From: Candidatus Latescibacterota bacterium
Lineage (GTDB): Bacteria; Latescibacterota; UBA2968; GCA-2709665
Direction of reading: 5' to 3'
DNA: 64,000 bases
NCBI GenBank assembly: GCA_965203805.1
Contig: OZ241917.1
Coordinates: 64,001-128,000, forward strand
The notes beneath the pieces were generated by a model. That model worked only from the letters and a program-made list of their open reading frames with translations, did not search any database and was not told where the DNA came from. The first letter of the stretch is position 1. Each line of letters opens with the position of its first letter. Below, in pieces: positions 8,987-18,217 of this stretch. Both the position numbers and the translations under genes were made by a program.

Positions 8987-10321
8987 ATGACGCTGGACCA
9001 GGTTAAAGATTTCGTAGAGAAAAATGGAATAGACTTCTTTCTGTGCTCGTTTGTGGAGATGAGCGGGATGCCCAAGGCCAAGGTGGTGCCGGTCACGCAC
9101 CTGGACGACATGGCCTCGGAAGGCGCGGGGTTCGCGGGGTTCGCGGCGGGCAATATGGGACAGGGGCCGCACGATTCCGATATGATGAACATACCGGATT
9201 TCAGTTCGATGACCGTGTTGCCATGGCGCAAGAACACGGCGTGGGTGGCGGGTAACATCCAGGTCGAAGGGGAACCGTTCGGCTACTGTCCCCGGACGAT
9301 TATGCAGCGCCAGCTCGAGAAGGCCGAGGCAAGGGGTTATCGGTTGAATCTGGGCGTGGAAGCGGAGTTCATCCTCCTGAAGAAGGACGATCAGGGCCAA
9401 TATACGCTGGCCGACCCGATGGACACGCTGGAAAAGCCCTGTTATGATCTCGTCACGCTGCATCGCAATCTGGATGTGATGACCACGCTCATCGGGTATA
9501 TGCAGGAGCTGGGATGGGAACCCTATGCCAACGACCACGAAGACGCCAATTGCCAGTTCGAGATAAACTGGACCTATTCCGACGCGCTCACGACCGCGGA
9601 CCGGCAGACCTTTTTCAGGTGGATGGTGAAAGTGAACGCGGAGCGTCACGGATACCACGCGACCTTCATGCCGAAACCGTTTTCTCATCTCACCGGCAGC
9701 GGGGCGCATTATCACATGAGCCTGTGGGACCCGGAGAACAGGATCAATCTATTCCTCGACGAGGCAGACGAAAACGGGCTGTCGAAGGAAGCTTACTGGT
9801 TCATGGCGGGCATCCTCAACCACGCCAAGGCGATTTCGGCCGTTTCCGCGCCGCTGGTGAACAGCTATAAGCGACTCACGAGGGGCGCGCCTCGCTCAGG
9901 GGCCTCCTGGGCGCCGATCTGTATCACGTACGGTGGATCGAACCGGACGCAGATGGTTCGCATCCCGGACGCGGGGCGTATCGAGAATCGGGCGATCGAC
10001 GGGGCGGCCAATCCCTATCTGACGACCGCGGCGATGCTGGCGGCGGGGCTCGACGGCATCGAAAACCGCATGGATCCGGGCGAACGCAACGAGGGCAACC
10101 TCTACGAGGTGTCCGAGAGCGAATTGAAAGCGCGGGGCGTCGACCTGCTGCCGGGGACCCTGGCCGAGGCGGCCGATCACCTGGCGTCCGACGACGTGAT
10201 CCGGGAAGCGCTCGGAACGGAATATGCCGACTACTACGTGCAGGTGAAACGCGAAGAGTGGGCGGAGTACCATCTGCACGTCGACCAGTGGGAGCGGGAA
10301 CGCTATCTGCCGGTGTATTAA
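8987..10321 (+). CDS. gmaS: gamma-glutamylmethylamide synthetase (GlnT-type glutamine synthetase family)
   Basis: GAGFAGFA, GVEAEF, KPCYD, PYANDHEDANCQFE, ATFMPKPF..TGSGAHYH, SGASWAP, DGAANPYL; context of mgsC and tdm. Confidence 0.85.
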   Translation: MTLDQVKDFVEKNGIDFFLCSFVEMSGMPKAKVVPVTHLDDMASEGAGFAGFAAGNMGQGPHDSDMMNIPDFSSMTVLPWRKNTAWVAGNIQVEGEPFGYCPRTIMQRQLEKAEARGYRLNLGVEAEFILLKKDDQGQYTLADPMDTLEKPCYDLVTLHRNLDVMTTLIGYMQELGWEPYANDHEDANCQFEINWTYSDALTTADRQTFFRWMVKVNAERHGYHATFMPKPFSHLTGSGAHYHMSLWDPENRINLFLDEADENGLSKEAYWFMAGILNHAKAISAVSAPLVNSYKRLTRGAPRSGASWAPICITYGGSNRTQMVRIPDAGRIENRAIDGAANPYLTTAAMLAAGLDGIENRMDPGERNEGNLYEVSESELKARGVDLLPGTLAEAADHLASDDVIREALGTEYADYYVQVKREEWAEYHLHVDQWERERYLPVY

Positions 10322-10348
10322 AGCTGGTTGACGTCGCGAGGTCTGCCT

Positions 10349-11692
10349 ATGGAGAGTGCAGTTGAACGGACGGTTCGGGAAGCGCCGCGGGGCATTGGAG
10401 GATTGCTCCGAAATATCGGTCCGGGCGTAGTTGTGTCCGGATCGGTGGTCGGGTCCGGCGAGTTGCTCGTTACGACGCGCATGGGCGCCGAGGTGGGCTT
10501 CGTGTTTCTCTGGGGGGTGATCCTGGCCTGTCTGGTCAAGTTCTTCATCCAGCTTGAACTCGGGCGCCAGTGCGTTCTGCACAACAGTACGACGATACAG
10601 GTACTGGATCGTGTGCCCGGAATGCGGCTGGCGAATACCTCGTGGGCGGCATGGTTGTGCGTGCTGGGATACTTCTCGGTAATGATCGCCGTGATCGGCA
10701 TCCTGGGGTCGGTGGCCGGACTGATGGTGACCCTCCTTCCCGGCGTCCCGTACAACGTCTGGGCCGTTCTGGTATTCGCGGCCATCTCGATTCTGCTGTA
10801 CCGGGGTCTGTACGCCGACCTGGAGCGCATGATCACCGTACTGGTTGCGGGCTTCAGTCTGGTTGTTATCGGGTCCGTCGTGGCGATGCAGGCAACGCCC
10901 TACGCCGTGGGCGGCGACGAGATATTGTCAGGGTTTCGCTTCGCCTTGCCGGCGGACGGGGCATTTGTGGCCATGGCTGTGATGGGGTCGGTGGGCGCGA
11001 CGGCGGTGGAGTTGTTTATGTATCCTTACTGGGTGAGGGAAAAAGGGTATGCGGATTTCGTCGGACCTCGTGAGGATACACCTGAATGGCGGGCGCGCTA
11101 TCGGGGCTGGATGCGGGTGCTGAAAACCGACGCGCTGGTCTGCACGGGAATCGCATTGGTGATTACCTGCGCCTACTATCTGCTGGGCGCTGCGATACTC
11201 AAGAAACTGAACGTGGTTCCCCAGGGCATGGAGGTCGTCGAGCAGGTATCGCTGATTTTTACACGAAGCATCGGACCGTGGACCAAGAACGTGTTCATGT
11301 TCGGCGCGTTCTGCACGCTGTTTTCCACGCTGCTCGTCTTTACCGCCAGTTCGGGACGCATCAGCGTGGACTTTCTGAGGCGGACGGGCGTCGCCAGTCT
11401 CGATCACGAGGACGGCCGGCTTCGGCTGCTGAGGGCGTTGCAGATCGCCTTTCCGTTTCTGTGGCTCTGTGTGACCATTGCAACCCCGAATACGCCCCTG
11501 GCCCTGGTGCTGATCGGGGCCAATGCCAATAACCTGCTGCTGATTCCGATGGCCTACGGCGTGGTGCACCTGGCGATGCGCGCCGCGGACCCGGAACGGA
11601 TGTCCGTCTGGACGGAACTTGGATTGCTGCTGACGATCTGGGCGATCATCAACTTTACCGCGATCAATCTGTATCTGAACTGGACGCGTTAG
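10349..11692 (+). CDS. Nramp/MntH-related membrane transporter
   Basis: IGPGVVVSGSVVGSGEL N-terminal motif, about 11 TM segments, YPYWVREKG; start uncertain (TTG 10328 or ATG 10349). Confidence 0.8.
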   Translation: MESAVERTVREAPRGIGGLLRNIGPGVVVSGSVVGSGELLVTTRMGAEVGFVFLWGVILACLVKFFIQLELGRQCVLHNSTTIQVLDRVPGMRLANTSWAAWLCVLGYFSVMIAVIGILGSVAGLMVTLLPGVPYNVWAVLVFAAISILLYRGLYADLERMITVLVAGFSLVVIGSVVAMQATPYAVGGDEILSGFRFALPADGAFVAMAVMGSVGATAVELFMYPYWVREKGYADFVGPREDTPEWRARYRGWMRVLKTDALVCTGIALVITCAYYLLGAAILKKLNVVPQGMEVVEQVSLIFTRSIGPWTKNVFMFGAFCTLFSTLLVFTASSGRISVDFLRRTGVASLDHEDGRLRLLRALQIAFPFLWLCVTIATPNTPLALVLIGANANNLLLIPMAYGVVHLAMRAADPERMSVWTELGLLLTIWAIINFTAINLYLNWTR

Positions 11693-11715
11693 GCATCTGG
11701 AAAGACGCGGAATCC

Positions 11716-11747
11716 AGAAGGGCGGCCGGTAGCGGCCGCCCTTTTTC
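11716..11747 (+). terminator. intrinsic terminator
   Basis: GGGCGGCCG-gtag-CGGCCGCCC followed by TTTTT, between convergent genes. Confidence 0.85.
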
Positions 11748-11791
11748 TGATCGACACGTGCAGAGTCCCGGCGTGGGAGCCGTGGCAACGG

Positions 11792-14143
11792 TCAATCCGA
11801 CGTCTCCACCCAGATGGGTGTGCTCCATCCCTTCGCGCCCATGGCGTGCGCGACGTTGCCGGGGTATTGGGGGACGGGTTCGGGCGACATGACTTCGAGG
11901 TGGTAGTAGTGCCTTCCGGGACGGTACCGGCGCAACTGGAATTCCTTTCGCTCCCCCTGGGTATGGCCGATGAACCTGTCGTCGTGCATCAGACGTCCGT
12001 CCCGGTGGATGCGCAGGATGTATTCACATCCGGCCTCTCCCACGACGCGCCATTTCAGCACCGGATCGTCCCTCACGAGCAGCGAACTGCCCATCATCCG
12101 GTCGTTGATCGTGAATTCGATCAGGATCTGCTGGCCGGCCGTCGCGTAACAACGCCTGGCCCTGATCGCGTCGAGGAAGGCGGCCCGGTCCAGCCGATCG
12201 GCCCAGATGCCGGTGAGCGCGCCGCTCAGGCCCGGGTTGCGGTGGTGGCTGTCGCCGCTGCCGGTGAAGGCGAATTTTCGGCCCGCGTCAAGGTATTTGA
12301 AATAGACGTCGTACAGGTCGATGTTGATCATCCAGCCGGCGCATACGTCGACGCCCCATTCCACGTCCGTGTCGTAAAGATTCCATTTCCCGTTGTGGGG
12401 ATGGGGGAGCGGCAGGTAGCCCTTTTCCTTGAACCAGGCGAGGCACTCCCGGGTGTCCTTGTGGGTATGCCGCTCGCCCTTCGTGTGAGCGTCCTTGTAC
12501 TTGAAGTGCAGCAGGTCCATCTCCATGTCGTCGTCGTCCGACATCACCGACCGGTGGTCCCGCCCGGAGTCCACCCGGTCGGTGATGGTCATTTCGTAGC
12601 CCGGAAACATGGCGAATTGCCCTAGATCATTCAGGACCATGGCGTTGCCCTTCACGTAGTCCCACTCATAGTCCTTCAGGTGCCGCACGTTCCGGCGCGT
12701 GGGCAGATTCCAGAAGCTGTCGTTGTCGGAGACGGTCAGCCCGTCGATCTGCGCCTTGTCGCGGGCGTAGTGACCCAATTCATCCGGCTCGCCCTCTACT
12801 TCGATGGATGCCGCCGAGTGGCAGTGCAGGTCCACCCAGAAGAGGTGGTACTTGCCGCGTTCCGCGCCGGGCAGTTGGTTGCCGGGCCGTTCCGTGCGCC
12901 GCCGCCTTTCGAACGGAAGCCGGACTTCCTTCCATTCGGTCAGGTCGATACGGCGGTTTTCAACGGGTACCACGGGGAGATCGACTGTCAGGCGCGCGTT
13001 TTCCAGATATCGCTCGTCGGTAACCATGTCTTGAGACATCAGGTGAACCCCGGTACCGACCGTGCCGTTGTGGGGAAGCTCATAGAAGACGTTTCCTTCG
13101 GCGACAGTGCGAGGATCCGACCAGACGCCGTCGACGCAGGGTTGGCCGAAGAGGCGGCCCGTGGAATTGAGCGTGCCCTGCTCGCTGTCGGCCTTGACTT
13201 CGTAGAACAGCCACACGCCGCCGGATTCCGCGCCCTTGAGGATGGGGAAAAGCCGCCTGCCCATGTGCCCCAGGTTGGGCGGTTTCGGAAACTCGGTCAG
13301 CAGCCCGTAGTGCAGCGGGGCGATCTCCGTCCCTCCTTCGGCACCGGAAACCGGCTCCCAGGACAGGCCGTCCAGCCGGGCGCACCGCAGGGAATACTTC
13401 TGCTGGAGGGTGCTGTCCCTGTACATGACGTCCACGCCGCGCACCCACGCCGCCCAGAGTGAACCTCCTGTGTCCCTGCAGAGCGTCGACCTGTTCTCCC
13501 ACCCCTCGTCGGTGCTGATCCGGACCACTTTCCGCGGGCCAGAGGGATCGACAGCGCAGCCGAATATGTCGTAGGTGCGTTCCATATAGCTGTCCCAGAC
13601 GATATAGATGCCTTCCGACCCCCATTCGACTATCCTGGGCCGGTAGTTGTAGCGTCCTCCGTTTCGAATCGTCCAGGTCGCGGTCTTGCCATCCGGTAGT
13701 GTCCTGAGGACCCGGATGCTGCCGTTTCGACTGACGGATTCCGCCCAGCTGATCCACAGAGCGCCGGTTTCGTCGAGGACGGCCTGAGGCTCCCAGACTT
13801 TCGCCGACGCAGGCAGGGTCAGGCATGTCCGGCAGGGACTGAACGAATTCCCGTCCCGCCTGCGGGTCCTGAACGCGTACTGGCGGCCGGTCTTTTCCAG
13901 CCAGACGAATACCACTTCATTCCCGTCGGGTATGCAGATGGGACGGGTCTGCATGGCGTCGTTCGTGGATATCGGCTCAATCGGACCCGCGGTCTCTCCG
14001 GCGAACTGTCGAACGAAAACCCTCGACCCCTCGGCCGCGTAAGCCGCCCAGGCCGCCCAGCAGGTGTTGCCGTCCGGCAGGGTGCACAGATTGGGTTCGT
14101 AACTGTCGTTCGAATAAACGCCCTCGGTGATCGCGATTTTCAC
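11792..14143 (-). CDS. PHP/CehA-McbA (DUF3604-like) metallohydrolase with an N-terminal beta-propeller-like region
   Basis: VDLHCHS, SDND, PGYE, PHPH, GSGDSH..PG, RARRCYATAG, WSTPIWV; GTG 14143 preceded by AAGGAA; the longer ORF call runs through a MITE. Confidence 0.75.
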   Translation of the reverse strand: MKIAITEGVYSNDSYEPNLCTLPDGNTCWAAWAAYAAEGSRVFVRQFAGETAGPIEPISTNDAMQTRPICIPDGNEVVFVWLEKTGRQYAFRTRRRDGNSFSPCRTCLTLPASAKVWEPQAVLDETGALWISWAESVSRNGSIRVLRTLPDGKTATWTIRNGGRYNYRPRIVEWGSEGIYIVWDSYMERTYDIFGCAVDPSGPRKVVRISTDEGWENRSTLCRDTGGSLWAAWVRGVDVMYRDSTLQQKYSLRCARLDGLSWEPVSGAEGGTEIAPLHYGLLTEFPKPPNLGHMGRRLFPILKGAESGGVWLFYEVKADSEQGTLNSTGRLFGQPCVDGVWSDPRTVAEGNVFYELPHNGTVGTGVHLMSQDMVTDERYLENARLTVDLPVVPVENRRIDLTEWKEVRLPFERRRRTERPGNQLPGAERGKYHLFWVDLHCHSAASIEVEGEPDELGHYARDKAQIDGLTVSDNDSFWNLPTRRNVRHLKDYEWDYVKGNAMVLNDLGQFAMFPGYEMTITDRVDSGRDHRSVMSDDDDMEMDLLHFKYKDAHTKGERHTHKDTRECLAWFKEKGYLPLPHPHNGKWNLYDTDVEWGVDVCAGWMINIDLYDVYFKYLDAGRKFAFTGSGDSHHRNPGLSGALTGIWADRLDRAAFLDAIRARRCYATAGQQILIEFTINDRMMGSSLLVRDDPVLKWRVVGEAGCEYILRIHRDGRLMHDDRFIGHTQGERKEFQLRRYRPGRHYYHLEVMSPEPVPQYPGNVAHAMGAKGWSTPIWVETSD

Positions 14144-14276
14144 GGTTACGGTTCCTTGTGCAGAGATGTTTTCGGGAAGAGTCAGGTGTGGGGGGAAGGG
14201 CCGGGGCCCGCGGTTCGGATGCCCGCCATGGAACGATATAGTAAGGTCCTGGCCGTCCGGGATCGAATTCGAGCTG

Positions 14277-14488
14277 CTAGTGTTCTGTCCCGGAAATAAG
14301 TTTCCTGAATTCGGCCGTCGAGTCGCCCGGCTCGCATCCTTCGACAGGCTCTGGACCCAGCGCCGGAGCGCGGGCGACCTGGCCAGGTCGGCGAGCGATG
14401 GCACTTCGACAAGCTCAGCGCAAGCAACGTCGGCAGACGGGATGAATCGGCGGAAGAATGGTGAGGTGTTTTTGGGACAGGACACTAG
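14277..14488. mobile_element. MITE-like element (about 210 bp) bounded by CTAG
   Basis: Terminal inverted repeats CTAGTGTTCTGTCCC / GGGACAGGACACTAG (14/15 match); internal CTTCGACAGGCTC and CTTCGACAAGCTCAG REP-like motifs; no transposase. Confidence 0.75.
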
Positions 14489-16113
14489 GTTCGTTTCCAG
14501 GGTTCTCCGGCTGCAGTCACTTCCTCCCGGATCGTGGCATCGGGTCCAAAGCGGATGTGTCGGAAGGCGAAGGGGATATGGCGTCGGCCGAACAGGGCGT
14601 GGGTAAGTCCCCATTCGAACAACGTAAAGGCGACAACTGCCGCCAGACCGACGCAGCTTGTATAACCGATCCACGCGGCGAAGCTGCCCGCGGACGGAAA
14701 AAGGGGTTGATGAAACGCGTCGGTCTGGACGACAAGCGCCGCGAAAATGGTGCAGATGACGGCGTTGAATGTAATCATGCCCTCGGTGACCAGACGCCGC
14801 GGTGTGAACTCGACGATCTTCAGGGCGAAGTTGAAGTTGACGACCCACCAAAGGAAGACCAGATAGAGGAGCTGGCCAGTTCCCGTCCAGGTGTCCGGAA
14901 TGAATGAAATCGGCTTGGAGCGGTGTGCGTGCATCAGCCAGAACAGGGCGATACCGATGGCAATGTATACCAGTTCAAGCCAGCCGATCCACCCCTTCGA
15001 CCGCACGAACCAGCCTGCAACCGGCAGGCCGTAGGGCCTCTTCGGCAGCGACGCCACCTTGTCCACCCAGTTCAACGGCGCCTTTCTGTGATTGAGATAG
15101 GTGAGTCCCACCAGGACGAATCCCGTCGCGAACATCCCGGTCCACGCGGGCGGCGGGCCGGCATTCGAGCCGGCGGGCGCGACGGTCGATAACAGCCCCA
15201 TGCAGACGGCGATGGCAATGCCGAACAAAAGCCCTTGGGTCTGCTCCATGACACTGTGCCAGTTGGTCTGTAAACCGGTGCGGATGTTCAGCAGTTTCAG
15301 GAACTGGCCCAGCCCGAAGCCGATGCCGCCGATGAATCCCGTGATCAGTCCTGCAAACGCCAGTCCGTAGAGGTCGTACCGCCAGCAGTAGATCAGCAGA
15401 CCGGCGGCAAGGCCGACACACCCGGCCCAGTTGTCGCCCCGGGGCGGGGTCATCCGGAGCTTGAGGACGACGACAAGCACCAGGAAGGACACGAACCACC
15501 CGATGGTCAGGTGGAGCACAAGCGACGTCGCGATATCGAAGCCGCCGCGGAAGAGAGACACGATGATGCCGGCGGCCATCGCCACCAGGTTCGCAAGCCA
15601 GTCGGTATCGTACCAGGAAAGAGCGGCTCTGCCTGATTTGCCGGCACCCGAAAAAAGCAGGTCGACCAGGACCGACTGAAGCGCCCACCCCGCAAAAATC
15701 GCGGCCAGTGGGGCAAAGAAGAGGGCAAGTCGGTCTCCGGTGAAGAATACGGGAAGCGCGGTTCCCGCCCCGCCCAAAAACGCCCACAGGAAGCCGATGA
15801 CGAAGAGGTTGGCGAATCCGTACAGGACGGAAGGCGGGTGGCCCGAGTGCGTGTATCCAACCACGCCCATATACGACATGCTTCCACCGAAAGACCAGCC
15901 GAGCGCGCCGAACATGGCGAAGTAGTGAACGTGCGCAAGCCAGTCGGAACGGCCGGATACCAGAACGGCCGCCATGGCTGCAAGCGCACCCGGTATGGCC
16001 GCTCCGTATTCGTGGCCGAAGTTACCGCGAATGCCCCATCCCACGGATAGGGAAAGGCCGCAGAAGGCCATGAGTTGCCAGGTGATGCCGCTCGCCGCCA
16101 GATACAGGTCCAT
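14485..16113 (-). CDS. polytopic membrane protein of unknown function
   Basis: 542 aa with many TM helices; motifs GWGIRGNFGHEYGA, GGSMSY, PPRGDNWAG, NWHSVMEQ. Confidence 0.8.
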   Translation of the reverse strand: MDLYLAASGITWQLMAFCGLSLSVGWGIRGNFGHEYGAAIPGALAAMAAVLVSGRSDWLAHVHYFAMFGALGWSFGGSMSYMGVVGYTHSGHPPSVLYGFANLFVIGFLWAFLGGAGTALPVFFTGDRLALFFAPLAAIFAGWALQSVLVDLLFSGAGKSGRAALSWYDTDWLANLVAMAAGIIVSLFRGGFDIATSLVLHLTIGWFVSFLVLVVVLKLRMTPPRGDNWAGCVGLAAGLLIYCWRYDLYGLAFAGLITGFIGGIGFGLGQFLKLLNIRTGLQTNWHSVMEQTQGLLFGIAIAVCMGLLSTVAPAGSNAGPPPAWTGMFATGFVLVGLTYLNHRKAPLNWVDKVASLPKRPYGLPVAGWFVRSKGWIGWLELVYIAIGIALFWLMHAHRSKPISFIPDTWTGTGQLLYLVFLWWVVNFNFALKIVEFTPRRLVTEGMITFNAVICTIFAALVVQTDAFHQPLFPSAGSFAAWIGYTSCVGLAAVVAFTLFEWGLTHALFGRRHIPFAFRHIRFGPDATIREEVTAAGEPWKRT

Positions 16114-16123
16114 TACGTTGATC

Positions 16124-18217
16124 TCAGCCGACGTCGATCACGAGATTGCCGTAGTCGTCCACGGTTACGGTACAATCGGGCGGAACAAGGGTTGTAGAGT
16201 CGATTTCCTCCACGATGGCGGGACCCGTGAAGCGGTTGTTCGCCTGAAGGCGGTACCGGTCGTAGATCGACGCGGGCGCCGGTTCGGTGGAACCCGGCAT
16301 GCGGACGTCGCGTTTCGCCTTCAGGGCCGTGCGCGAGGAAGGTCCGCCCTTGGGAACCTGCCGCCGGCTGGGGCGCGGCACGGCGCCCACGGCTGAGAGA
16401 CGCACGTTGACGATTTCCGTGGGTTCCTCCCGGGTTGCGAATCCGTACTGGCGCCGGTGGGCGGTGACAAAGGCGTCGTTCATCTTCCGGGGAAGGCTTT
16501 CCGACAGACGGCCGACGGGTACCCGAAGTTCGTAGGACTGGCCCAGATACCGCATATCGGCCTCGCGGACGAAGCGGATGTTGTCGCGGGAGACGCCTTC
16601 GCTCAAAAGCAGGCCGGTCGCGTGGTCTTCAAACTCGCGGTAGATGTCCGAAAGTCGGGTCACGTCCAGATCATCCGTCCTCTCGATATACGTGCGAACG
16701 TAGTCATGACGCAGGTCGGTAACAAGCAGTCCGAGCGCCGTGGTCACGCCGGGACTGGGCGGTACGAGGACGGTGCGGATGTGCAGCGCCCTGGCCAGCG
16801 CCACGGCATGGAGCGGGCCGGCGCCGCCGAAAGCCACCAGGACGAACGCGCGGGGGTCCACGCCTTTCTGGACCGACACGAGTTGGAGGATGCCCGTCAT
16901 ATTGGCATTGGCGATTTCAATCAGCCCGGCGGCTGCTTCCTCGACGGACAGATTCAGGGGACCGGCGATGCGCCGGCTGAGCGCCTCTTTGGCGAGCGAC
17001 TTGTCAAGGCGGAGTTCACCTCCCAGAAAGTAACCGGGATCGAGGCGGTCGAGAACGAGGTTTGCGTCCGTCAGCGTGGGTTCCGACCCCCCCTTTCCAT
17101 AACAGGCGGGTCCCGGCGCCGCGCCCGCGGATTGCGGGCCTACGGCAAGCGCCCCGCCCGGATCGACGTGGCCGATGCTCCCGCCGCCGGACCCGATTTC
17201 GACCAGATCGATCACGGGCGTTTTTACCGGATAACCCTGACCCTTGTCCCGGGTGGTGGTTGCAACCGCGGCATCGCCGACCTCGAATTCGGCGGCCAGG
17301 CGCGGCTGTCCGTTTTCGATAAGCGCCGCCTTCGCGGTTGTGCCCCCGATGTCCAGCGCAATCAGATCTTCGTACCCGGCCAGCCGGCCCACGTACGAAG
17401 CCGCGATGACGCCCGCTGCCGGACCGGATTCGATGAGCTGTACGGGCTGCTGCCTGGCGGTCCCGGAGGCGATGATGCCGCCGCCGGAAGTCATCAGGAA
17501 CAGGCCGGAGCCGGGGTTCACCGCTCCGAGCCGGTCCTCCAGGCGTTCCACGTAGGCGCCCACCGCCGGAAGCAGCGCGGCATTGACCGCCGTTGTGCTG
17601 GCGCGGGTATATTCGCGGTATTCGGGACAGATGTCGGAGGAGATGCAGACGGGCAGACGGGGACATGCTTCCCGGATGATCCCGGCGGCCCGCCGTTCGT
17701 GCGCCGGGTCCAGATAGGCGTGCAGGAAGCAGACGAGAATCGCTTCCACCCCGTCCTCGGCCAGTCTACCTGCGGCACGGTACACGGCGGCCTCGTCCAG
17801 GGGGACGAGAACCTCGCCATGGGCATCGATGCGTTCGGGTACGCCAACGCACAGGTGGCGCGGTACGAGCGGAGGGGGTTTGTCGTAGTCGAGGTCGTAG
17901 AGGTTGGGCCGGATCTGCCACGCGATCTCGAAAAGATCGCTGAAGCCCTCCGAGGCGATGAGCCCGATCCGGGCGCCTTTCTGCTGGATGATCGTGTTGG
18001 TCGCCACGGTCGTGCCGTGTACCACGAAGCCCACTTGCCGGGCCGTGAGCCCCTGGTTGTCGAGGCCGCGGGTATACGCTTCCATGAAAGCCCGTGAGGG
18101 ATCGTCAGGAGTGGAGGAAACCTTGACGGGGCGGAAGTCGCCCGTGTTTTCGTCCATCACCACGGCATCGGTGAACGTGCCGCCGATGTCGATGCCGATG
18201 CGGTAAGAGGCACTCAT
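16124..18217 (-). CDS. hydantoinase/5-oxoprolinase subunit A (HyuA-like)
   Basis: IGIDIGGTFTD, HGTTVATN, ESGPAAG, DIGGTTA, GSGGGSI, AGAAPGPACYG, FGGAGPLH, RYLGQSYEL. Confidence 0.93.
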   Translation of the reverse strand: MSASYRIGIDIGGTFTDAVVMDENTGDFRPVKVSSTPDDPSRAFMEAYTRGLDNQGLTARQVGFVVHGTTVATNTIIQQKGARIGLIASEGFSDLFEIAWQIRPNLYDLDYDKPPPLVPRHLCVGVPERIDAHGEVLVPLDEAAVYRAAGRLAEDGVEAILVCFLHAYLDPAHERRAAGIIREACPRLPVCISSDICPEYREYTRASTTAVNAALLPAVGAYVERLEDRLGAVNPGSGLFLMTSGGGIIASGTARQQPVQLIESGPAAGVIAASYVGRLAGYEDLIALDIGGTTAKAALIENGQPRLAAEFEVGDAAVATTTRDKGQGYPVKTPVIDLVEIGSGGGSIGHVDPGGALAVGPQSAGAAPGPACYGKGGSEPTLTDANLVLDRLDPGYFLGGELRLDKSLAKEALSRRIAGPLNLSVEEAAAGLIEIANANMTGILQLVSVQKGVDPRAFVLVAFGGAGPLHAVALARALHIRTVLVPPSPGVTTALGLLVTDLRHDYVRTYIERTDDLDVTRLSDIYREFEDHATGLLLSEGVSRDNIRFVREADMRYLGQSYELRVPVGRLSESLPRKMNDAFVTAHRRQYGFATREEPTEIVNVRLSAVGAVPRPSRRQVPKGGPSSRTALKAKRDVRMPGSTEPAPASIYDRYRLQANNRFTGPAIVEEIDSTTLVPPDCTVTVDDYGNLVIDVG

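Noticed and set aside
8987-10321. Canonical glutamine synthetase glnA
   Set aside because: GlnT-type motifs and the mgsC/tdm context favour GmaS
14144-14851. N-terminal 236 codons of the 1019-aa ORF
   Set aside because: They overlap another gene and a MITE; an RBS-supported GTG lies at 14143
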